Of a stretch of DNA of 64,000 nt, positions 1 to 10,886 are shown piece by piece. The notes beneath the pieces are model-generated. The model saw nothing but the letters and a program-made list of their open reading frames with translations, did not search any database and had not been told where the DNA came from. Source of the stretch: Trichinella spiralis. Its lineage: Eukaryota. A program made the translations under genes and the position numbers. The DNA lies in the NCBI RefSeq assembly GCF_000181795.1, contig NW_003526946.1, forward strand, positions 299,668 to 363,667, in the 5' to 3' direction. Every line of letters begins with the position of its first letter. Within the stretch, counting starts at the first letter, position 1.

Positions 1-3000
1 GTTTGGTTTGGTTTCCTTTTGAACAAATTTTTTTTCCTCAACTAAGGCACTTAATTTTTTAATGGAATGATAATTTTCCTTGAAAACAGTTGTTTCAAGT
101 GTGTCACTTGAATATTTCAAATTAATTGGCATGTACTGAAATGAGAACTACATAATAAATTTTGCTGCGTTCGATTATTATTATTATTATTATTATCATT
201 ATTAGATTTTTACTTCTTGAAGAGCAACTTGTTTTCATCGACTGCAAAATGATGGAAAATATTTGCACTACACTAATTGTGCAAATTATAAATTATGAAT
301 AGAAACAGAGAAATAATTTTTAAATTATTCAAAAACTTTCTCTTCCACGTTAGTGATTGTGATTCTAGCTAGAAAATTCTTTACGCAACTGCGTTGTCGT
401 TAAATTAATTAAATATTAATTTTTAATTATTCATCAGAGTTGATCGGTTAAAAATAAGTACAATTTTCTTAAATCAAATTTTATTTCAACAAAAAAAAAT
501 GCTGGTTTTGATTATAATTTAAAGTTCAATTTATTTTTTGTTTTTTCATTTCAAATTTTGCAAATTAAAATTGTACATAAGGCTTAAATGAAAAAATTGC
601 ATACTATGTGAAGAACAAAAAAAATTATATTGCAAAATATAGACTTTTACTTTTTATTCTATGTTGAAAATAATGAAATGCTCGAGCAAATTTTTACAAC
701 TAAGTGCACAGTTTCATAAATAGCAGCAATTGATAAAGTTATCACAACGATAGCTAATGTTGAAATCAAAGTCGTCTCTGCGTTGTATTGAGTTACACAT
801 TTTCTGTGAGGACCACACGAAATGTAAGCTTATCCACTCTGTGGTAATGTGATCTGAGAAGCCATTTTGACCTGCATGCAATAAAGCACAAAAGCATATC
901 AACCCCTTGTGCATAGTGTAGAAGAATGGATTGTAAAAAAAAGAAGAAAACAATTTTCATTCTTGAATATCAGTGTGTGTTGGAGAGTAAATTTTGCAAA
1001 TTGCTTCTATAGTAACGGATTTGTCGCTTTTTCTCAGTTGTGAGGGATGTGGCAGGCAGGTAGATAGATGGGCAGGTAGGTCGGTATTGATTCGATTTTC
1101 TTCCGTTCTAGAAAATGACTGCTGAAGGTTGTTTTTGTAAAACGTAGTATTATAATTTTGCCATTTTTGCAACATCCTGTTTCCAAACGATTAGGTCGGT
1201 TGACCGGATGTTCGTTCAGCTCAAAGCTTACAGTTGTTGTCTTAGTAAGCGTGTTGGTGAAAAAGTTGATTGAATGAAATTGTGCGCTGTTGTGACCGCA
1301 GCTGGTCGAATTAAGAGGTACCTTTACGGATATCTGTAAACAAATCAGGCGTCGGCTTTGCCACCTGCCACCCGATGATCAGCACGTGAGAAAGGAAGTT
1401 GATCAGATGAACTGACACTGGTACATTGAAGGAGGTGGTCAATGAAGCGCCTCCATTCCCAGGTTGATCGGACCTATTACGCCGTCATATCATTACGCAT
1501 GCATGAAAAGGTCTTCTGACGACTATCTAGAATTGATAGCGCCTCTGCTCACTNNNNNNNNNNNNNNNNNNNNNNNNNNNNNNNNNNNNNNNNNNNNNNN
1601 NNNNNNNNNNNNNNNNNNNNNNNNNNNNNNNNNNNNNNNNNNNNNNNNNNNNNNNNNNNNNNNNNNNNNNNNNNNNNNNNNNNNNNNNNNNNNNNNNNNN
1701 NNNNNNNNNNNNNNNNNNNNNNNNNNNNNNNNNNNNNNNNNNNNNNNNNNNNNNNNNNNNNNNNNNNNNNNNNNNNNNNNNNNNNNNNNNNNNNNTGAAC
1801 TTTGGATCCTTATTGGGCCCGACTGAACAACAAGCCCGGGGATTACTATCCAATCAGGCCCAAAGTGGGGATGTCGCTCGATGGCTGGAATTTGGCCCCC
1901 AATTTGGCAAAACCTTATCATCCAACTGCATCCATTTTGGATGGCCCAAAGGAAAAAGAAAAAGCGGACATCAGTCAGGTCGCATCAAGGTTGGAAAATG
2001 TGGCCATGGTCAAAGAAATTAGCAGGTCATTTAGTTCGTCATCAAAGACAACTTTTGGGCAACTTTCAAAACAATTTGCATCAATATCAAGATGTTCCAC
2101 TGTTCCGGGCTTGGGCCAAGGATTTGACATTTATTCAATTTTAATAACCAATCATTAAAAGAAATTTACAATAAAATAACAAATCATTTGCATTTGTTAT
2201 ATATATTTATTTATTTATTCATTAACATTTTTAACTTTATTAATAAATCAAAAAGAAAAATACATTTTCAAGCAGTTAATATATTTGTAAATGTATATAT
2301 TGGGAATTTATTTTGTTATAAATTATTACAGTTGTGCTGTGTTATATGGCAACATGAAGAGGCAAATACTTAGAAAAGATTGATTAGCGCATTGTATGAA
2401 ATGTCATTACGCGTTAAGCAACTGTCTGTCTGTTTTCTTTATAAAATGCACAAAACCAATTTTGATTAACTTTGTCAACTTTCTTTCCTTTAGCAATTGT
2501 TCAACAGGTTACCTTTGCGCTATTGCAATGATGCTAGTAGAGAAGGTTTTTTTTAATCTTTACACACACACACACACACACACAGTGTTGCCGTGAGTTG
2601 AAATTTGTTGTGGAAAAATTAATAAAAAAAATTAAATATCAAACATGAAATCAATGTTTTAAACAATCAACTGTATTTTATCATATTGTGATGATATTGA
2701 CGGTATTTTTCATTTTCATTTATTGGCAATTAATCTTATCAACTTTGACGCACAATTTTTATGCAAAAATTTTCATGGAGTGTAAATTTATTCAAAATTG
2801 TCCATTCATATTTTAATATATAAGGTATATTTGAGCACCATATTAAAAAAAGACTCTCTTGCTCTCCATCCTTTATTCAACTAGACAACAATTATTCATA
2901 CTTTGTCAGACTGATTAAGTTAATTTTATTGGCATTCACGTCCCTGTCTGTACAAAATTATTTATGACATAAAAGCGATGATACATTTCTAAAGTAAAAA

Positions 3001-3569
3001 CAGACTTTGATTCACTTTATCTCAAATTTGCAAATTAAGTCAATGAATAAATATGGCAAGGTCATAGTTATTAAAATGTCATAGAAATTGAGAAAAAAAA
3101 CCTACCTAGAGATGACTGATTCATTAAATTAAAATTTTTATTTATGCAAATTAACATTTTAATTTCCGCATTTATTTTTGACATTTCTAACGTGTAACTT
3201 TTGGGTCCCCTTTTTTGAATTAAAATTAATTGCTATTTATTATGTAATTAGTTTAAATTACATTTCATGAAATATTTACAAATAACAAACAAGTTTAATA
3301 AAAAAAAGAATTACTTTATTGGAAACAGCAAATGTTGTGTTCATGCCTCTTACTAATCATACTAAAAAACAAATCTTTTAATTGATTAAATTTATTAATA
3401 TTTAAAATCCAAAATACATATGAAATCAATAATTTATGCCTAAAACACTCATAAAAGTGAACTAATAAGTTGGATTAGCTGAATTTTGCTTATTAAACTT
3501 GATAATCATATACTATTTGTACTGTAATTATTTTCAAACACCTCTTTCTTTAACTCTTTCAAACATCTA

Positions 3570-4202
3570 ATGTCTAGCGATGATGAAATTTGTCTTTCTG
3601 AAGAAGCGATACAGTGTCTGAATGCGATTAATTTTGCCAAAGCACTTGATTCAGAAACTTCTGAAAACTGGCAACTGAGTCAGTTTTGGTACGATGAAAA
3701 TACGTCGATAGTTTTAGCTAAAGAATGTTTAAGTGCATTGAAGAATACAAATTTAAACGTCGGTTGCCTTTGTTCACCTTCAGTATATGACAAACTGGTT
3801 GAAATTTGTCCTGAGAAAGAAGGCCAATTTTTACTTTTTGAATTTGACAAACGCTTTAAGCAGCATAATCGTAACTTCATCTTCTATGATTATCAGTCTC
3901 CTGAAACTGTATCATGCAAATTTGCTAACTCTTGTGCAATTGTCCTTGCTGATCCTCCATTTTTGTCCGAAGAATGCCTCTCAAAAGTTGTGGCTATGGC
4001 AAAGTTCTTATCGACCGGTAAAATAATTGTATCCACTGGTATTATTATGGAAAGTTATTTGAGTAATCTTTTGCCCAATGTTTCGAAATGTAATTTCACG
4101 CCGCAACACGAAAGAAAATTAGGAAATGAATTTGGCTGTTTTGTAAATTATGAAACTGTATATTTGAATACGGTTCGTGATGTTTGTTCTTTTGAAAGTT
4201 AG
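3570..4202 (+). CDS. EEF1AKMT1: EEF1A lysine methyltransferase 1 (N6AMT2 family), intronless, copy 1
   Basis: 210 aa ORF with family motifs ENWQLSQFWY, LFEFDKRF, FIFYDY, ADPPFLSEECL and H-x-x-x-LGNEF. Confidence 0.93.
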   Translation: MSSDDEICLSEEAIQCLNAINFAKALDSETSENWQLSQFWYDENTSIVLAKECLSALKNTNLNVGCLCSPSVYDKLVEICPEKEGQFLLFEFDKRFKQHNRNFIFYDYQSPETVSCKFANSCAIVLADPPFLSEECLSKVVAMAKFLSTGKIIVSTGIIMESYLSNLLPNVSKCNFTPQHERKLGNEFGCFVNYETVYLNTVRDVCSFES

Positions 4203-4338
4203 CATTAAAATATTTTAATGTTGTATACATGTTTTGTTCTTCACTGCTTGTCTGTAATGCATAATGTCGAGTTTAACTGGACAAAAAACTAGAACAAAGT
4301 TATTTATTTTTACAATATTTATTCAAGCAAAACAGTTA

Positions 4339-4887
4339 TTAATTATATCTTTTCTTCTGCTTTTTCTGCAAGTTGTTCAGAGTGGAAAGCATGGAATTGT
4401 TCCACAGTGAAACATCTTTTTCCAAATCAATTTCTGGAATCATAGTTGGCTTGTTTTTTTTTCTTCGAAACTCAAGTTTAAGCCACTGTTCCATCTGAAC
4501 ATCGTAAAGTTCAGCAGCTTCTTTTTTCTGCCGTTCAGAAAGCTCTGACTAGAAAATGTAAAGTTCATAATCAGAAACAGTTGAACGTGAGAATTTGCAT
4601 TTCTCATACTTTTCGTTGTTGGAAACTTAATATTGACTCCTTGATCACAAATCCCATACATGAATTGAATACATCTTTAACGTCAGATTTTGTCCATTTG
4701 ATCTGTCAAAAATTGCATGCAACGAGAGATTATTATAAATTTGAAAAAAAAAAGAAATTACAATTCCACAGTCATTTATGACTTGTGTTTCAATATATGG
4801 AAACAAGTGTTTTTGCATTCTTTTTTTAATGTCCAGCATCGTTTTTGTGCCACTGTACAAAGTTACCGTATCCATTTCTTTAATTCG
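4339..4887 (-). CDS. 3' part (last two exons plus most of exon 3) of the ANKRD11/12-C-terminal-like gene, truncated by the gap
   Basis: Duplicate of 37513-38070. The exonic differences I noticed are synonymous (AAA/AAG, TCA/TCG). Confidence 0.65.
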
Positions 4888-4935
4888 NNNNNNNNNNTTT
4901 TCGGCCAAAATCTTATGCAGTTATTCAATGTACGC

Positions 4936-5255
4936 GACTGCCGCTATGGAATGTACATAATGTAAATATTAGGACAAATAACCACTTGGAAGGTTGGCAT
5001 AATCGGCTCAACAGAAAAGCGGCTAAAAGTCATAACGGGTTTTATGAACTGCTTGAGCTCCTGATAGCGGAACAGGGTGTTGTGGACACCCTGATTCAAC
5101 AAGTGCTATCAGGAAACGTGACCGTTGGTGACTTAAGACGGGTAAACAGGGTTTATGCTCAAAAGCAACGACGGGTTGCACAATATACGGGTGAATACAC
5201 CAACGGTAGACGCACGCTAGCAGCTTTAATGTATTTAACGCCGGAGCCGATTTAG
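4936..5255 (+). mobile_element. Mutator-like (MULE) transposase C-terminal fragment on a small gap-flanked contig
   Basis: The frame reads LPLWNVHNVNIRTNNHLEGWHNRLNRKAAKSHNGFYELLELLIAEQ. W-N...RTNN-x-x-EGWH-x-x-LN is the typical animal MULE motif around the last catalytic Glu. Confidence 0.85.
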
Positions 5256-5466
5256 TGCCGCCTTCCAAGTGGTGGCTTGTATTATATTTTTATTCTATTT
5301 TGTTGTGTTGTATTGTACAATATTATATTTGTATTGTATTGTACTATACTCGTATTTTATTTCATTGTATTGTATTATTCTTTTTCGTCGTTTCTACTTT
5401 GTTAACATTGTTCACTGTTATGTTGTTTATTGTTGTTGTTGTTGACTGTTCTTTACNNNNNNNNNN

Positions 5467-6060
5467 TGTGGTGGATTCCACCAGTACTGCAAACCACGTA
5501 TTCTAAGCCGACTTCTCGCAACCAACGGGTCCTCTTGTACAACTATCGTACCACTGACGCATACCCACACAGACGTATCTCTTCTCTCTCCAGGTATATG
5601 TATATCTGGCGCGGCGCGCTTTCTAGCCCTATATATAGGGCCAGGGTCGGCGGCCCCGCGGTCGACCCAAACGCGAACCACCAATAGGCAGCTCGCTCGC
5701 GGCGGGAGCGCTCGCTATCTCCGGCGCCGATCTAAAGCCTTGTCAGTCTTCAATTATGTTGTCATGGTTCGGATCTCTTGATCCTGCGCTAATCCCTTAA
5801 TAGTCACGTCATGATGGCCATTTCCACGCCCTTTGATCTGACTGCCGTCGCCGCTATGGCGCACTCGCCATTGTCTCGCGAACGACGATAGATCGAGGCG
5901 CAGCAGGGGGTCTCTCTGACCCCGACTCAGAGCCGCCAGACGCCCAGATAGCGATCTGGCCGGCGATGCGCGGGTATTGTTCTTGGCCTACCCGCGACTT
6001 CTGGGCACCAGCCCTTGGCCAGGTCACACCGACTAGGTCGGTGTTGTTCCGTCCGGAACA
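5467..6060. mobile_element. Probable LTR (solo or terminal) of an LTR retrotransposon
   Basis: 594 bp GC-rich block in an AT-rich background. It begins TGT and ends ACA, has a TATA-like palindrome at 5626-5641 and no convincing ORF, and joins sharply to host sequence at 6061. Confidence 0.6.
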
Positions 6061-6427
6061 AATGTAATAATATAAAAAGTTCAATAAGTGCACTGAATAG
6101 CAAGAAATATATTTCTCATTGTAATAATAATCACTGATCAGTTATGTAAATGAACATTACGTTCACGAATGAAACATCTTTGATAAACCATTGTCATACT
6201 GTATAAGTTAGCTTTCAGAAAATTACAAATAATTAAAAAAATAATTAATAATTTTTAAAAATTAATTTTTTGAAAAGAAATATACAGTGCTAAAATATCT
6301 GTAATGTGGTGTGAAAATGATGTCTGATATTATTTTAACTTGACTTTCGATTGAAAATTACAGTGTTCCCTGCTTTGAAACTAGGTTTAACATTTTGCCT
6401 CTATTTATTTTTTATATACGTTAAGTT
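6061..6427 (+). repeat. Second copy of 9544-9909
   Basis: Near-identical from aatgtaataatataaaaagttc onward; the last ~60 nt diverge just before the gap at 6428. Confidence 0.95.
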
Positions 6428-7319
6428 NNNNNNNNNNAATGGAAAATTTGGAACCAATGAAATGAAGAATATTTACAGCTAATCACAACTGAAAAGTTTG
6501 ATCAATGAGCAATTAAATAAGGAAAACTAATAAGACGACGAATTGATGGTCCAATGAAATAGCGAGTTCAACGACCAGTAAAATTAGACCGTGAAAATTT
6601 GTCCCGCAATCCACCATCCCGAGAAAAAAAGACTTGATTATTTGAACACATAGCTGATAAAGAAAAAAAATGATGAATTTCAAAAAAATCATTGTGCTTT
6701 ATTAAAATTTTATGCTATGAATAATGAAAAGAATATTTTAACAACCCAACAAAGCAAAAGCTGCGTATTTATAGTATATGATATAGTATAGTATATGATA
6801 ACTGTACTTAATTTTCACAGATGAAAATTACTGTCATTTGGAGAAAAAGCAGTAAAACGATTATTTCAAGTAAATGTTAATGGAAAATCCTTTTTTACTG
6901 TAATTATTAAATAAAAATTAAGCTTTTTTAAACCTGTTGTTTTTTTGTTAAAATTTAAAATAATTACTTCACTAAACAGTTTGCGATATGAAGCATTTTA
7001 AATGATGTTAATGTGAAAGCAGTAATCATTACATTTATGTGGAATTTGCATTGAAAATTTAATAAATTTAAATATAATGAAATTAAATATATTTCAAAAT
7101 TTGCATTCATAATGAATTTCAAAAAATTTTTTCAAATTACTTGCAAATCTACTTATTATAATTACTGTATTTTGTCTAGTGCTGTTGCGTGGTATTCAAT
7201 TATAGTTTGTGTGCATTATAGTATTCTTTATTGAAATATAATAAACTTTAAACTCCATCAATTACAAATACGTTCGTCGAAAAGGTAATTCTAAATTGGA
7301 TAATTTCTTTCTCATCGAT

Positions 7320-9095
7320 ATGCGTTATGTTGAAAATGATTTATTTCTTCCATTTCCCGGTGAGGAAATGCTTACGGATGAAGAAGAATTAGATCTGGAT
7401 CCTGACAGTCTGTGTAACTTGCTTGATGTTGATAATTCGACTCAGCTGACTGCACTGCTAGATATACTGCGAACACCTTATGGAAAGGGACTTCTTCAGG
7501 AGCAATTTAAAGATGTCATGCTTTATTTTGCAGAACATTTTATGCCGAAATTCCGTTCACGACCAGAATCGACATTGGAAATATTTTTTCAAATAATTGA
7601 ATGCATTGCTATTGACTGTATGTCTGAAGAAGTTTTCATGTCCATGCTAGATATAATTCGTAATATGTTTTCTTCGGAAGCGGATCCTCAATATTTTCTG
7701 CCCATTCACGAACATTTATTCAAGTTCGTGTGCTCTACTGCAACAAATTATTTATGTGAAAATAATGAATACTTGATCAATTACGCAGTTATGGTCTGCT
7801 TAATTAAAGCTGCAGACGTGATTTCAACATGGACAAAAGATTATCGAGATTGGGAGGATAATTGTGCGTTTCTCTCACATTCCACGAAGTTACTGGGTGT
7901 GATTATTTCTGTTGTCTCTCTGTTGAAGCAAGGATTTGAAGCAGAGCCGTTTAGCTGTGATACAAGAACAAATTTTTCGCAATACAAACTTGACCTGCTT
8001 GCATTTTTTCTACATATGTTAGAATTATTGACAGAGACGTTAACTTTGGAAAACCTTTCTGATAGCAACGTTCTATCTGTTAGAGACTGCAATGGAATGT
8101 CTTGTACTCTTATTAATGATTGCATATCGCGCATAACAGAGTTGATTGATGGTGATTTCATGCAGCTGATTTATTGTTTCCAAACAAACAGATTGTTTTT
8201 ACATTTTAAAGAAAATGAAGATGATTTAAATGTTGTGATATCCGGTTCAACAGTTGGAATTTATTTTGCATTTTATTGCGGTTTTGAAAACTTATTTGAT
8301 CAGATTGTTCATGTCTACAGTACAAAGTACATGTTTGTCCGTTGTTTGCAGTACATCGTGCAAATTGTGCCATTGGGGGATGCGTCTTCGCAGCAATTGG
8401 GATTTCGTGCTTTACAATGGTGGTTCATGAAATTCGAAGAAGGAACATTCGACTGTGAATTTTTCACAGATTTCCATATTTCACAGGTGATAGAGAAATT
8501 TTACTTGTTCGCATCCTCTACATTTTGCACTGATGTGAACTACTGCGTGTCTGTTTTTGAAAAATTTTACAATTTGTTCAATTACGATGGACGTGTAATG
8601 ATTTTTCGTTTCTTGATGTCTCTTGAAAACTGCCTTACTGTGTTACCGAACGATGTGTCTGCTACAGTTGGCTATCTGTTGAATAAGTATCGTCGCAGTT
8701 TATTGAAAAGCTTTCAAAAAGAGATGCCTTTGGATGACCCATTAAATCCTGCTCCACATTTGCTTGAAATTTTGAAAATTGTTACCGTTTTTCCTTCGGC
8801 GAAAGATGTGAAATATGTTAACGAAAATTTTATTCGACTTTTGGAGGTGGTCAGCTTTTACGACGTATTGGCAATGAATGGCAAATTGGATGTGGATTTG
8901 TTGAAGCGAGTGAAAATTAACTTTTTGTTGCGTTTGAAAAATGTTGTGGCCGAAGAGCTGTTAAACTTAGAAGCTGCGCTAAATTATTCCGAAGCTGAAA
9001 CTTCATATGCACTCAGTGAACTCAGACCGGCAGCGGTGCGATTGCATTTGTTGGACCACGTATTGGACCACACTTTATCCAATATACCCGAGTAA
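7320..9095 (+). CDS. Glomulin-like (GLMN/ALF4/YBP family) alpha-helical protein, intronless; start codon uncertain
   Basis: 591 aa from the first ATG. The C-terminal half follows the glomulin pattern as I recall it: FNYDGRVMIFRFLM, VGYLLNKYRRSL, LLEILKIVTVFP...VNENFIRLLEVVSF, INFLLRL and the terminal AAVRLHLLDHVLDHTL. Confidence 0.6.
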   Translation: MRYVENDLFLPFPGEEMLTDEEELDLDPDSLCNLLDVDNSTQLTALLDILRTPYGKGLLQEQFKDVMLYFAEHFMPKFRSRPESTLEIFFQIIECIAIDCMSEEVFMSMLDIIRNMFSSEADPQYFLPIHEHLFKFVCSTATNYLCENNEYLINYAVMVCLIKAADVISTWTKDYRDWEDNCAFLSHSTKLLGVIISVVSLLKQGFEAEPFSCDTRTNFSQYKLDLLAFFLHMLELLTETLTLENLSDSNVLSVRDCNGMSCTLINDCISRITELIDGDFMQLIYCFQTNRLFLHFKENEDDLNVVISGSTVGIYFAFYCGFENLFDQIVHVYSTKYMFVRCLQYIVQIVPLGDASSQQLGFRALQWWFMKFEEGTFDCEFFTDFHISQVIEKFYLFASSTFCTDVNYCVSVFEKFYNLFNYDGRVMIFRFLMSLENCLTVLPNDVSATVGYLLNKYRRSLLKSFQKEMPLDDPLNPAPHLLEILKIVTVFPSAKDVKYVNENFIRLLEVVSFYDVLAMNGKLDVDLLKRVKINFLLRLKNVVAEELLNLEAALNYSEAETSYALSELRPAAVRLHLLDHVLDHTLSNIPE

Positions 9096-9945
9096 TTATC
9101 TTATGTAATGGTGTATTTATAAATATGTGGATGTATGTATGCATTTTCAGGAATATGTTTGAATTTAGGTTTATGTGTTGTAACCAACCGTTCTGCTATC
9201 AGTATTGTACGTTTCAGATCGAGATTTGAATTTTATAAATAAAATTTTCTAAAACATTTTTACTTTGTTGTCTATTATTTTTTTTTATTCATTTTGTAGT
9301 TTGTTGTTGTGAATTTTAATAATTAAAAATTAACATCATTTAAAAGATTTATTTCGTAGCATCTATTTGTTGAATAAATAAATTATATAATGAACATTTC
9401 TGTAAAGGAATATGCATTTTCTGCATCATGCTACACCAGTAGACATCACAAATTAAAAAAATCTGTAGGAATAAATTAGACCTGAACATTTTCAAAATTA
9501 TTACGTGATCAATGACCAAGATTATGCGAAGGTTATCGCAAATAATGTAATAATATAAAAAGTTCAATAAGTGCACTGAATAGCAAGAAATATATTTCTC
9601 ATTGTAATAATAATCACTGATCAGTTATGTAAATGAACATTACGTTCACGAATGAAACATCTTTGATAAACCATTGTCATACTGTATAAGTTAGCTTTCA
9701 GAAAATTACAAATAATTAAAAAAATAATTAATAATTTTTAAAAATTAATTTTTGAAAAGAAATATACAGTGCTAAAATATCTGTAATGTGGTGTGAAAAT
9801 GATGTCTGATATTATTTTAACTTGACTTTCAATTGAAAATTACAGTGTTCCCTGTTTTGAAAATAGTTTTAATATTTTGGGTATATTTATTTTTTAAGTA
9901 CGTTGAGTTTTGTAGCTATATTTAGGGCAATTGGGCCAGTCAGAA

Positions 9946-10605
9946 ATGAATGCAAGTGATTCTTTGTGCGCACTCGAAATTGCTGAGCATCGTCGAAGGT
10001 CTGTGTTTTGCTTGGCTTTTCACACCATGTTCGAATGGTTTTAAAATTCCATAGATTTTGATAAAATTTTATATTTGATGAATTCCGCTGAGCTATCATC
10101 GCAGAGCTTCAAGTGTATTTTAAAATTTATTGCTTTCATAAAGATAATTTAAAGCTTGAATTTTAATAAGACCTTTAGCAGTTGTGTTTGATTTTGTTGA
10201 AACTTTTAATTAAGAAAAAAAATTTGTTTTTAAGAATATTGAACAAACCGCTGAGCCACTGGAATCACATTGATTTGGGTTATTGGTTGACTTCGATTGG
10301 CTTTGGATTTTGTGCCAATGAAATATGCCAGAAGTTGAACTATACTGGAAGCGTATTGCTGACGATTACCGAAGAAGAAATAATGAATGCCGGCCTGCCA
10401 ATAAGCGAAGACTTAGCATCAGTGTTATATATGGAAATCTTGCTTTTGCAAATCTACGACTGCGAAGGTTAGCATTTTGAGACGTTTCTACAGATTAATT
10501 TTTGAAATTTCACTATATCATAAGGTTAATTGAATAGAAGCTTAAAAATTGTTCGCTTTTCTAGCAATTATGATCAAAACTTTGTCGAATTTTATCGAAT
10601 CGTGA
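9946..10605 (+). CDS. Small SAM-domain-only protein (Aveugle/SAMD10-12-like), 108 aa, 3 exons
   Basis: Exons 9946-9998, 10235-10467 and 10565-10605 join in frame through GT-AG introns. SAM pattern KPLSHWNHIDLGYWLTSIGF...YTGSVLLTITEEEIMNAGL. Confidence 0.75.
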
Positions 10606-10886
10606 GAATCCCGAGTGCCTGGTATTTGTGAATATTTTATTTTTCTTTTGTCAAAATATTGCTTTGAAATAAACATTTTCGTCTTTTCTGTGTATTCTTT
10701 TTATAAAAAAATGAAAATAAAACATTCCTTTATTTATCTTAATATGTTGCAATTGAGAAAAAAAATAAATAGCATTTGAAACTGAAAAAAGACTGCCATA
10801 ATTTCCGACCTTTTTTTTAATATAATAGGAAGATGCCAATGATGTTTCCATCAATTAAAAAGTCAAATACAGACGACATTTTTGAA

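Larger units (their letters stand above)
1..4887 (+). repeat. Near-identical copy of 33361-38070 (probable uncollapsed haplotype or misplaced contig)
   Basis: Colinear near-identity over about 4.7 kb, ending at the gap at 4888. Sequence is indel-rich next to position 1 and around the 1554-1795 gap. The other copy fills that gap with 81 bp (34907-34987). Confidence 0.95.

Noticed and set aside
1464..2158. ORFs spanning or flanking the N-gap
   Set aside because: They are artefacts of Ns and low-quality sequence, and are not preserved in the cleaner copy at 34820-35320.
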